Of a stretch of DNA of 32,157 bases, positions 1 to 7,852 are shown one piece after another. The translations under genes were made by a program, and so were the position numbers. The notes under the pieces are model-generated. The model was not told the origin of the DNA. It worked only from the letters and a program-made list of their open reading frames with translations, and made no database searches. Where the stretch lies: the NCBI GenBank assembly GCA_964629395.1, contig CAZVTX010000003.1, forward strand, positions 1 through 32,157, in the 5' to 3' direction. How positions within the stretch are numbered: the stretch's first letter is position 1; each line of letters opens with the position of its first letter. This DNA comes from an uncultured archaeon. Lineage in GTDB: Archaea > Asgardarchaeota > Lokiarchaeia > Sigyniarchaeales > SOKP01.

Positions 1-168
1 ACCATTAAGAGAAACTCCATTTCCCGCATCGAAGAGTGCTAATTCTCCTGAATGTTTGTCCTCAATTATATATTGATTACAATCCAAAACTAATATTTCG
101 GGGAAATAATAAAGACCATTTATTACTTTTTTACCTTTTTTAACACTACCACTTTGCGAAAAAAACAT
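1..168 (-). CDS. Partial CDS (first 56 codons; continues past the window start), possibly a metallo-beta-lactamase-fold hydrolase
   Basis: Not in the ORF track because it is truncated. A reverse-strand ATG at 168..166 opens MFFSQSGSVKKGKKVINGLYYFPEILVLDCNQYIIEDKHSGELALFDAGNGVSLNG with no stop down to position 1. The N.Y.I.D....ALFDAG strand pattern resembles the start of MBL-fold proteins. The diagnostic HxHxDH motif would lie outside the window. Confidence 0.45.
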   Translation of the reverse strand, partial: MFFSQSGSVKKGKKVINGLYYFPEILVLDCNQYIIEDKHSGELALFDAGNGVSLNG

Positions 169-234
169 ATTTGTTTAAAACAAATTGTTATTTTAATACT
201 TAATTATTATATTAAAAATTCCCGAAAAAATATA

Positions 235-618
235 ATGACTCACAATCAATCTAATATTGAAGAATTAAAATCTAAAATTAAAATAGGAATTAAATTTTGG
301 TTAGAATTTGAGAAGGATGGAAGTCAAAAGAATATAATGGGCTCTGGTTGGGCAAAATTATTAAAAGTTATTAAAGAAAATGAAGATGGTTCATTAATTA
401 GAGCAGCTGAAATATGCGGGTATTCTTATAAATATGCTTGGAATATATTAAAAAGAATTGAGACACGCACGGGTATGCCCGTAGTTGAAACTAAAAAGGG
501 AGGCAAAGGCGGGGGCGGCTCAATTAAATTAAATGAATGGGGTAATTTTTTACTTCAATATTATGAAAAGATTGCCGAAGAAATAAATAAAATTTGTAAA
601 AATATTAATAAAATGTAA
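235..618 (+). CDS. ModE N-terminal-domain-like winged-HTH regulator (COG2005-type, no molybdate-binding Mop domains)
   Basis: ORF track 154..618. The 154..234 extension overlaps the divergent minus-strand start at 168, so the ATG at 235 (MTHNQ...) is preferred. GSLIRAAEICGYSYKYAWNILKRIETRTGMPVVETKKGGKGGGGSIKLNEWG matches the ModE-N signature (HTH followed by GG.GGGG...L...G). Confidence 0.8.
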   Translation: MTHNQSNIEELKSKIKIGIKFWLEFEKDGSQKNIMGSGWAKLLKVIKENEDGSLIRAAEICGYSYKYAWNILKRIETRTGMPVVETKKGGKGGGGSIKLNEWGNFLLQYYEKIAEEINKICKNINKM

Positions 619-745
619 AAATTCAATTAAAGATTGGAGGAAGCATAAATTTTAATTCTTTTTTAAATTAGAAATATATAATCCGATTGATTTTTATGGA
701 AATTTCTTTCATAGTAAAAATTAAAATAAAATATCTTGGTGTAAT

Positions 746-1177
746 ATGGGGGAAATAAGCATAAAAGATTTCGGAAAGATTAAAATTTCCGAAATTATGA
801 GCCGTGAACCTCTTTTTTTTGTAACCCCCGAAGATAAAATTAGCAAAACAGAATTATTAATGTTAAAAAAGAAAGTTGGCGGGCTTCCTGTTGTAAGCTC
901 TGAAGACCATAAAAGGGTAATTGGAATTATAACTCAGAGAGATATACGTCTCGCTAGATTTGCAATGTCTCTTGAAAATCCGTACACCATTGTAAGGGAT
1001 TTAATGACCCCGGAGCCACATGTAGTTAAAGAGTCCACAACGATTAAAGAGTTGTTAGAAATTATGTTTAAATATAGGATTGGACGATTACCCGTTGTTG
1101 ATGATAATAATGAACTCATTGGTATTGTTTTACAGAGCGATATTTTGAAAAAATTATTTGAATTCTTAAACGAATAG
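746..1177 (+). CDS. CBS-domain pair protein
   Basis: 143 aa with two CBS-like repeats: GGLPVVSSEDHKRVIGIITQRDI and IGRLPVVDDNNELIGIVLQSDIL. Confidence 0.85.
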   Translation: MGEISIKDFGKIKISEIMSREPLFFVTPEDKISKTELLMLKKKVGGLPVVSSEDHKRVIGIITQRDIRLARFAMSLENPYTIVRDLMTPEPHVVKESTTIKELLEIMFKYRIGRLPVVDDNNELIGIVLQSDILKKLFEFLNE

Positions 1178-1306
1178 GAAGCTTCTAAAAAATTTTGATC
1201 TTAATAAAAATAAATTTAATTAAGAGAAATTTATAATAATAATATTTATAGAATCAAAAAATTGTCATAACAATTATATTTATAGTATTAAAAAAATTGA
1301 TTGCTT

Positions 1307-2842
1307 ATGGATGAACCTGTTCCGGGAACACCGATTATTTTAGATATTGGAAGTGCCTATGCAAAAGTAGGATTTGCAGGTGATCCTAAACCGAGATTCG
1401 TCTTTCCTGTCATCACAGGCACCGAAAAATATAAAGCAGTCATGGCAGATGTGAGCACACGGTCTATATATGTTGGATATGATGCTATGAAAATGCGTGG
1501 TGTATTGAAAGTTAAGTACCCCATTCAAAGGGGTGCAATAATGGATTGGAACGATTATTATGAAATCCTAAATTATATTTTTTATTCATTACTGAGAGTT
1601 GAAGATTTATCTCAGCATCCGGTCTTATATGTTGAACCACCATTTTTTCAGCGTGAAACTAAAGAATATATTGCAAGGGTTCTTTTTGAAACCCATAGAA
1701 TTAAGAGTTTGATGATGGTTCCATCGCCTCTATTATCAATTTTTTCAGTAGGTTTAACAACAGGATTAGTTATTGAGAGTGGTGATGGAACTACTTGGAT
1801 TGTTCCTATTATTAATGGAAGAATATATTATCAAGCGGTTCAAAGGCTTTATTTAGCAGGTATGGATGTAAATCATCATCTAAAAGCAATCTTAATGCGA
1901 GAGGGAATAAGTATTCAATCCTCTGCTTTAGATGAAATTTTAAAAGAAATTAAAGAAAAGAACTGTTATTTTGTTTTAGACCCTCAAAATCCCCCGAAAG
2001 GTTTAGATAATTTTAATTATCCTATGCCTGATGGTACAACTGTAGCAATTCCAAATCATATTTTATATGAAGCACCCGAAGTTATGTTTCAGCCATCTTT
2101 AATTGGAGCTAATACAATGAATATACCCCAAGCCGTAATTTATTGTTTACAAATGATGAGTAATGAGTATTGGAGTGATATGTTATCTCATATTGTTTTA
2201 GCGGGGGGTAATCTTTCTTATAGTGGTTTTGAAGAGCGATTAAAACAGGATTTAAAAAAATTATTACCCCAATTAGGTCCAATACCTAAACCTCAGCCCC
2301 CTCCTGGGGAACAACAAAGTAAACCAAAATTACAAGCAATAGGAGGGAGTCAAAAAACTCAAGACACTTGTCCTAAGTGTGGAAATTATGTAGATCTCTC
2401 AAAAGGACAAGAATTTTGTCCTCACTGTGGTGCGCCAATGAAGGTAGTAGAAATTTCAATAGATTTAGGTGCAACGGATAAAAAACCAAAAAAACGCAAA
2501 TTTGAAGGTAAATGTCCTTTTTGTAAAAAAGAAATTCCTGATAGTAGTTCAATTTTTTGTCCTTATTGCGGGAAAAGTCTTGAAGCATTAGATGTTCCTG
2601 AAATTGATGAAAATATAATTGAACAAGCACCAATTGCTCAAGAATTTGCAGGATTTTATGAAGAAGCTGAAGGGTATGAATTAATTAAATTTTATATCCC
2701 TGAAAACTTACAATTTGCTATTTTTAATGGTGCTTCTATATTAGCAAGTTTACCTTCCTTTCAAAAATTATTTATATCTCAATCGGAATTTCAATCAGAT
2801 CCAAACCTTCTATATAGAGATATTAGTGAAATTTTAGGATAA
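1307..2842 (+). CDS. Actin-family ATPase (Asgard actin/Arp-like) with an internal double zinc-ribbon insert
   Basis: The ORF opens at TTG 1301, and the first ATG is at 1307. It is collinear with eukaryotic actin. ILDIGSAYAKVGFAGDPKPRFVFP aligns with [24 protein letters not shown] (phosphate-1). VIESGDGTTWIVPI aligns with VMDSGDGVTHTVPI (phosphate-2). IVLAGGNLSYSGFEERL aligns with TVLSGGTTMYPGIADRM (adenosine motif). The C-terminal FNGASILASLPSFQKLFISQSEF aligns with [22 protein letters not shown]. Confidence 0.9.
   Translation: MDEPVPGTPIILDIGSAYAKVGFAGDPKPRFVFPVITGTEKYKAVMADVSTRSIYVGYDAMKMRGVLKVKYPIQRGAIMDWNDYYEILNYIFYSLLRVEDLSQHPVLYVEPPFFQRETKEYIARVLFETHRIKSLMMVPSPLLSIFSVGLTTGLVIESGDGTTWIVPIINGRIYYQAVQRLYLAGMDVNHHLKAILMREGISIQSSALDEILKEIKEKNCYFVLDPQNPPKGLDNFNYPMPDGTTVAIPNHILYEAPEVMFQPSLIGANTMNIPQAVIYCLQMMSNEYWSDMLSHIVLAGGNLSYSGFEERLKQDLKKLLPQLGPIPKPQPPPGEQQSKPKLQAIGGSQKTQDTCPKCGNYVDLSKGQEFCPHCGAPMKVVEISIDLGATDKKPKKRKFEGKCPFCKKEIPDSSSIFCPYCGKSLEALDVPEIDENIIEQAPIAQEFAGFYEEAEGYELIKFYIPENLQFAIFNGASILASLPSFQKLFISQSEFQSDPNLLYRDISEILG
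2276..2680 (+). other. Insert within the actin-fold CDS: Pro/Gln/Lys-rich linker plus two CPxCG...CPxCG zinc ribbons
   Basis: PIPKPQPPPGEQQSKPK, then CPKCGNYVDLSKGQEFCPHCG, then KKPKKRKFEG, then CPFCKKEIPDSSSIFCPYCG (Cys codons span 2369..2569). It sits between the segments that align to actin ...ITALAPSTM and KIKIIAPPERKY. Confidence 0.8.
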
Positions 2843-2970
2843 AAATTTTATATAAAAATAAATAATTACTTTCCTAATTTTTAATTAATACTCTAAAATT
2901 TCGATAATTTTTAATTTTAAGAGGAATTTTAAGAATTAGTTGAATTTATACAAGTCGAGGTCAATTTAAA

Positions 2971-4098
2971 GTGAAAAATAACCCCCGAAAATTAACATTT
3001 ATCATATTAATACTTATAATTTCTTTAAGTATAATTCCTTTCGTTCATGCCAAACCCCGTAAAAATTTTTTAACTGATTATATCATTAATCGTCAATTAA
3101 ATGATGAGGGTTTTTCCAATTCAATAAAAGAAAATGATACAATCTCTTATGAAGCAACCGTTTATGGATTAGAAATTTTATCTTATTATAACCTTTATAC
3201 TATTCCTGGTTGGTTTGGTGAAGTAACTACAAATGTAAATACAACTGTAATGGGGGATAATTTAGAAAAAGAGCTTAAGAGTGCATTAAATCAAAATCCG
3301 ATTGATCTTTATGATATATATTTCCTATTAAAAGCATTGGATTTATTAAATCGCTCAATTAGTTCAACAATTAAAAAAAATGTTGAAGGATTTTTAACAG
3401 AAATAGAGCAAACAAGTGGTGGTTTTTCTCCTAACAATGCTACAAATAATATTGATGTAATTGCAACTTGTTTTGCGATCTTAACTTATGACTTGATCGG
3501 AAAAGATGTCCCTGATAAAGATAACCATATCGGATGGATAAAATCCTGTCAAAATTCTGATGGAGGATATGGGGGTAATAGTACATTATCATCCTCAATT
3601 TATAGCACTTATTGTGCCGTGTTGGCAATTATCACATTAGAAAATGTGGATTTATTGGATAATAAAGATAAAACGGTAGAATATTTACAAAATTTTTATG
3701 TGGATGACGAAAATGATGCTTTTAATTATGGAGGATATAAACCTGATGAACATTCTAAATATGCGTTAATAAGCTCAACTTATTTCTGTACGCGAATTAT
3801 TTATTTATTAGATAAAAAAGAATTACATAATGAAACCACCTCAAATTGGATAATTCAACGACAAAACTTTAAAGATGGCGGGTTTGCGGATAATACCGAT
3901 GGTAATAAACAAAAAGTATCTTCGGTTGTGAATTCTTATTATGCATTTGCAATTTTAAAATATACTAATAACCTTAATCTATTAGAAGAAGATGTTTGGG
4001 TTGTTGAATTTAATTGGATTATTTTAATCATTGTTTTATCCGTAATTGGAGTTGCAATCGCCGTCATTATTATTCTTTGGAGAAGACGGAAAATCTGA
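2971..4098 (+). CDS. Secreted, C-terminally membrane-anchored protein with prenyltransferase/squalene-oxidase-type (alpha/alpha toroid) repeats
   Basis: GTG start preceded by GAGGT. There is an N-terminal signal-like segment (KLTFIILILIISLSIIPFVHA), a C-terminal TM plus basic tail (WIILIIVLSVIGVAIAVIIILWRRRKI), and five spaced repeats: NDEGFSN, TSGGFSP, SDGGYGG, NYGGYKP, KDGGFAD. Confidence 0.7.
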   Translation: MKNNPRKLTFIILILIISLSIIPFVHAKPRKNFLTDYIINRQLNDEGFSNSIKENDTISYEATVYGLEILSYYNLYTIPGWFGEVTTNVNTTVMGDNLEKELKSALNQNPIDLYDIYFLLKALDLLNRSISSTIKKNVEGFLTEIEQTSGGFSPNNATNNIDVIATCFAILTYDLIGKDVPDKDNHIGWIKSCQNSDGGYGGNSTLSSSIYSTYCAVLAIITLENVDLLDNKDKTVEYLQNFYVDDENDAFNYGGYKPDEHSKYALISSTYFCTRIIYLLDKKELHNETTSNWIIQRQNFKDGGFADNTDGNKQKVSSVVNSYYAFAILKYTNNLNLLEEDVWVVEFNWIILIIVLSVIGVAIAVIIILWRRRKI

Positions 4099-4156
4099 AT
4101 TAAAATCCAAATTTTTTCAAAATAATTTTTAATCTTTATTACCTTTAGGGAACAAT

Positions 4157-5014
4157 ATGAAAAAAATTTTAGACGGTAAAAAATTAGCCGAGAAACTTAA
4201 TTTAGAACTTAAAGAAAAAATTTCGGAAATTTATAATAAAATAGGTAAAAGACCAAAATTAGCTACTATTCTAGTAGGTGATAATCCCGCATCAAAAGTA
4301 TATGTAAATATAAAACATAGAACTTGCAAAGAAGTTGGGATTGAATCATTATCTATAGAACTTAATGAAAACATCACTAAACAAAAACTTATAGAAGAAA
4401 TTGAAAAACTCAATAAAAATCCTGATATCCATGGGATCCTTCTCCAATTACCATTACCTAAAAATTTGGCACCTTATACTTCAGAGATTTTAGAAAAAAT
4501 TGATTATAATAAGGATGTCGATGGGTTCCATCCAATTAATAGAGGAAAATTATTTGATTATAATGAAGAATTAGCTCCATGTACACCCAAGGGAATTATT
4601 GCTTTATTAGAACATTATAATATAGATCTTAAAGGTAAAGAAGTGGTTGTAATAAATCGATCTAACTTAGTCGGAAAACCGTTAATTTTTATGCTGTTAA
4701 AAAGAAATGCAACGGTAACAGTTTGCCACACATCCACAGTTAATATTGAAAAACATATTGGTAGAGCCGATATCTTAATAGTTGCAGTTGGCGTACCCAA
4801 ATGGAAGAAAATCTCGAAAAATACGATAAAAAAAGGCGTTATTATAATTGATGTCGGTATTAATAAAATAAACGGAAAATTATGCGGTGATGTTGATTTT
4901 GATGAAGTATATGAGAAATGTAGTTATATTACGCCGGTTCCTGGAGGTATCGGCCCCTTAACGGTAAGCTTTTTACTTCAAAATACATTTACCGTTTTTA
5001 ATAAAAATTTATAA
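4157..5014 (+). CDS. folD: Bifunctional 5,10-methylene-tetrahydrofolate dehydrogenase/cyclohydrolase
   Basis: 285 aa. The strings ILDGKKLAEKL...PKLATILVGDNPASKVYVNIKHRTCKEVGI, HGILLQLPLP, DVDGFHPIN, VVVINRSNLVGKP and ITPVPGGIGPLTV are the standard FolD layout. Confidence 0.92.
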   Translation: MKKILDGKKLAEKLNLELKEKISEIYNKIGKRPKLATILVGDNPASKVYVNIKHRTCKEVGIESLSIELNENITKQKLIEEIEKLNKNPDIHGILLQLPLPKNLAPYTSEILEKIDYNKDVDGFHPINRGKLFDYNEELAPCTPKGIIALLEHYNIDLKGKEVVVINRSNLVGKPLIFMLLKRNATVTVCHTSTVNIEKHIGRADILIVAVGVPKWKKISKNTIKKGVIIIDVGINKINGKLCGDVDFDEVYEKCSYITPVPGGIGPLTVSFLLQNTFTVFNKNL

Positions 5015-5142
5015 TTGCCGGATCAAAAATATAATCTAAAAATAAAAATAAATAAAATAATTTATACTATATACGAAATATTTAGTTTTATTTAAAAAAC
5101 AAATACAATTCATTTCTAAAAACATAGAATACATGGATAATT

Positions 5143-5598
5143 ATGGCGATCTTTGAGGTAGGAATTAACATAGGCAATAGGAATTTATTAGATATTCAGT
5201 ATTATTCAGCATCAAATAATCAAGGATTAGATTCTAATTTAAGAGCGGGGTTTTTATCCGCACTAGAGAGTTTTACAACCGAAGTTTTCGGAGATAATAT
5301 TAATGTCGTTAGCTTGGCTTCTTTTAAACTTGTTTGCCACAGTCAAACGATCTCATTTGGGGATGAGCCAGATAAAAAAGACCTTTTATTATGTTATGCA
5401 ATTATAGAAAAAGATACGGATGTAGATATAGTCAATGAACATTTGAAAATTATTACCGAGCATTTCTTAAATCGATTTTCTTCATATGATATTTTAACAA
5501 AGAAGAAAAAATATTTTAGAAAATTTGAAGAGAGAGTAAATGATATTTTAGGGGATTTACGGCTTAAAATACAAGATAGATTTCGTGCTATATTTTAA
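5143..5598 (+). CDS. Small longin-like (beta-beta-alpha-beta-beta-beta-alpha) domain protein, function unknown
   Basis: 151 aa. The apparent secondary-structure pattern is strand IFEVGINIG, strand LLDIQYY, helix LRAGFLSALESFTTEVFG, strands INVVSLASFKLVCHS and LLLCYAIIEKD, helix DIVNEHLKIITEHFLNRF. It shares the F(L/F)SA(L/I)xSFxxE helix with the N-terminus of the 6829..7782 product. It lies 22 nt upstream of the GTPase gene. Confidence 0.55.
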   Translation: MAIFEVGINIGNRNLLDIQYYSASNNQGLDSNLRAGFLSALESFTTEVFGDNINVVSLASFKLVCHSQTISFGDEPDKKDLLLCYAIIEKDTDVDIVNEHLKIITEHFLNRFSSYDILTKKKKYFRKFEERVNDILGDLRLKIQDRFRAIF

Positions 5599-5607
5599 TT
5601 TATTTTT

Positions 5608-5613
5608 GGAGGG
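5608..5613 (+). promoter_or_regulatory. Shine-Dalgarno-like GGAGGG, 7 nt upstream of the TTG start of the DRG-like gene
   Basis: ttggaGGGttgatttTTGagc. This shows SD-led initiation on a non-ATG codon in this genome. Confidence 0.5.
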
Positions 5614-5620
5614 TTGATTT

Positions 5621-6817
5621 TTGAGCTCAAATATCGGCCCAGAAGCTAAAGCTGCTTATCAAAGATATCTTGACGCAGGTTCTCTGGAAGAAAAAATTAA
5701 ACGATTGGAAGAATTCTTATCATTAGTTCCAAAACATAAGGCAACAGAAAAAATTGTTGCTTTAAATAGATCCAGATTAGCTAAATTAAAGAGAGAGCAG
5801 GAAGAACGTAGATTAAGAGTTAAAAAGAGTATCGGAAAAACATTAAGCCCTTTTTCGATAAAAAAAGAAGGTATACAATTAATTCTAATAAGTGACTATT
5901 ATTCTCCTGGTGCGGGTAAAACTTCTCTATTAAATTATTTAACAGGTGCTGCAAAGGAAAAAATTGGACGCTTTACTGCACTTCCGGAAATAGGTATATA
6001 TAAATATAAAAAAATTAGATTTCAAATTGTAGATATGCCCTCTCTAATGGAGGGTGCATCTCAAGGAGTAGGAAATGGTAAAGAGATTTTATCAGCTATA
6101 AGAAGTTGTGATTTAATATGTTTTATAATTGATCTTTCGAGAAATTATAAAACTCAAATGGAACATCTTTTAAAGGAGTTGAATCGTGCAGATATAAAAA
6201 TTAATACAAATCCTCCTCCAATTGAAATCCAAAAAACGGGCGCTAATAAAATTCAAGTATATTATTTAACTCCAGAAGCAAAAAATATTAAAAATATCGA
6301 TGAATTTACGGAAAAGGTAAGAGAAATTGTTTATGAAAATGGAATAAGGAATGGTATCGTTAAAATTTATGGCAAAATAAAATTAGGTGATATTGTTGAT
6401 GCTTTAACACCTTCAATGGTATATAAAAAAGCAATAATTATCGCTACTAAAGGAGATTTACCGCATACTGGAAAGCGTTTTGAAAATCTTAAAAAAGATT
6501 ATTCACACCTTTTTGAAGTAATAATCGGTTCAAGTGTTAAAAAACATAGTTTCCCGCAAAATTTCGGTGATATAATTCTGGACGTTTTGGAAAAAATTAA
6601 AGTTTATACAATGAATAATGGTGTTATTGCAGAAAAACCATTAATACTTGATAAAAGAGCTACTGTTAAAGATGTCGCTATTAAAATACACAAAAGTTTC
6701 TATGAAAAGTTTGACTATGCAATTATTATTCGGGAGAAAGATAAACAAAAACGAAAACGTGTTGGATTAGACTTCCAAATGCAAGAAGGAGATATTATTG
6801 AGATTCATATAAAATAA
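5621..6817 (+). CDS. DRG/Rbg-family (Obg-like TRAFAC) GTPase with C-terminal TGS domain; divergent G motifs
   Basis: TTG start. The N-terminal KHKATEKIVALNRSRLAKLKRE aligns with the DRG [22 protein letters not shown]. The P-loop is YSPGAGKTS. IVDMPSLMEGASQGVGNGKEILSAIRSCDLICFIIDL aligns with the DRG DLPGIIEGA...R...LI..V.D region. An S5D2L-like insert is present (IKINTNPPPIEIQKTG), G4 reads ATKGD, and there is a TGS-like tail (KVYTMNNG...LILDKRATVKDVAIKIHKSF...RVGLDFQMQEGDIIEI). Confidence 0.85.
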   Translation: MSSNIGPEAKAAYQRYLDAGSLEEKIKRLEEFLSLVPKHKATEKIVALNRSRLAKLKREQEERRLRVKKSIGKTLSPFSIKKEGIQLILISDYYSPGAGKTSLLNYLTGAAKEKIGRFTALPEIGIYKYKKIRFQIVDMPSLMEGASQGVGNGKEILSAIRSCDLICFIIDLSRNYKTQMEHLLKELNRADIKINTNPPPIEIQKTGANKIQVYYLTPEAKNIKNIDEFTEKVREIVYENGIRNGIVKIYGKIKLGDIVDALTPSMVYKKAIIIATKGDLPHTGKRFENLKKDYSHLFEVIIGSSVKKHSFPQNFGDIILDVLEKIKVYTMNNGVIAEKPLILDKRATVKDVAIKIHKSFYEKFDYAIIIREKDKQKRKRVGLDFQMQEGDIIEIHIK

Positions 6818-6828
6818 TTTGAAAATCT

Positions 6829-7782
6829 CTAATTTAAATAGTCATCAATATTATCACTCATCTTTAGAATATTTGATACAATTTCGGAGAGTTCATGCTC
6901 AGAGGTACTATCCTTATCGATTAATTTTTGAGCCATTTCCCTATATTCTTCCCATTTTTTACTTGCGGTGATATTTTTTAATTTTGTACTGAAAGAATAC
7001 AAATTTAAATATACATCCTTGAAATCTCCTTCCTTGATAGATTTCTCGCCCAATCTCTCAACTGCTTTATTAATATTTTCCTTTACGCTTTTTAAATAAT
7101 AATCCAACTTTAATTTTGTATCTTTTATCTCATCTTTTAACTGCTTAACTTCTTTTTGATAATGTAGAAAACCATTATCATCTTTTAATTCTTCGGACAG
7201 TTTTAAAATCTTTTCCGCAATTGCTAATTTTCTTAATAAATTCGTTGTTTTCTCAAGTCTCCTAATTAAGAAATCTCTCTCTTTAATTAAATTTTCTCTT
7301 TTTTGTTCCGGAAGCTCCCCTTTGTATTCCCACATCGTTTTTAGGAGCTCTCCGGGCTTCTCCAAAATGGATGTTCCCTCAACTAGTTTCTTTTTTGATA
7401 ATATTAATTCTGTTAATGGTTGGTCAAGTATTGAGAACTCATCTCTATTTCCGTCCCATTCCAAAAAAAGTTGCTGATGTTTTAACAATATTTTAATTAT
7501 TTTCGGGATTAATTTGTTAACGATCTTTACATCTTCTTGATCTACAATTAAAACTAAATCTGCCTTAATCTCAGGAATAGATGTTATTAATATTGTATAA
7601 TCTCCCAATCCAATATTTTTTAATTCTTTTGAACCTTCTAAAATCATTTCGGAAATAAAACTTTTTATTGCGGAGAAAAAAGAGCTGAACAATTCCATCT
7701 TTCCTTTACTGATATCTTGGAAATTCTTGTCATACATCAAAATACCGGATGTACTCTGGTAAATAAATATCGAATATAACAT
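6829..7782 (-). CDS. Longin-like N-terminal domain fused to a long helical/coiled-coil C-terminal region; function unknown
   Basis: The ORF opens at TTG 7785 and is immediately followed by ATG 7782. The N-terminal roughly 110 aa (LYSIFIYQSTSGILMY / MELFSSFFSAIKSFISEMI / DYTILITSIP / ADLVLIVDQED / KIVNKLIPKIIKILLKH) parallel the 5143..5598 product. The remaining roughly 190 aa are charged and heptad-like (IKERDFLIRRLEKTTNLLRKLAIAEKILKLSEEL, KEVKQLKDEIKDTKLKLDYYLKSVKENINKAVERL). No TM segment is present. Confidence 0.55.
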   Translation of the reverse strand: MLYSIFIYQSTSGILMYDKNFQDISKGKMELFSSFFSAIKSFISEMILEGSKELKNIGLGDYTILITSIPEIKADLVLIVDQEDVKIVNKLIPKIIKILLKHQQLFLEWDGNRDEFSILDQPLTELILSKKKLVEGTSILEKPGELLKTMWEYKGELPEQKRENLIKERDFLIRRLEKTTNLLRKLAIAEKILKLSEELKDDNGFLHYQKEVKQLKDEIKDTKLKLDYYLKSVKENINKAVERLGEKSIKEGDFKDVYLNLYSFSTKLKNITASKKWEEYREMAQKLIDKDSTSEHELSEIVSNILKMSDNIDDYLN

Positions 7783-7852
7783 CAATATACACCGTTGTCG
7801 ATATAGATTGGGATTATATATTTTCCATAATTGTTAATTGTTATTAAATTTG

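Noticed and set aside
154-234. The N-terminal 27-codon extension of the ModE-like ORF (MRKKHICLKQIVILILNYYIKNSRKNI)
   Set aside because: It is low-complexity AT-driven sequence that overlaps the start of the divergent minus-strand gene (ATG at 168). The homologous region begins after the ATG at 235.
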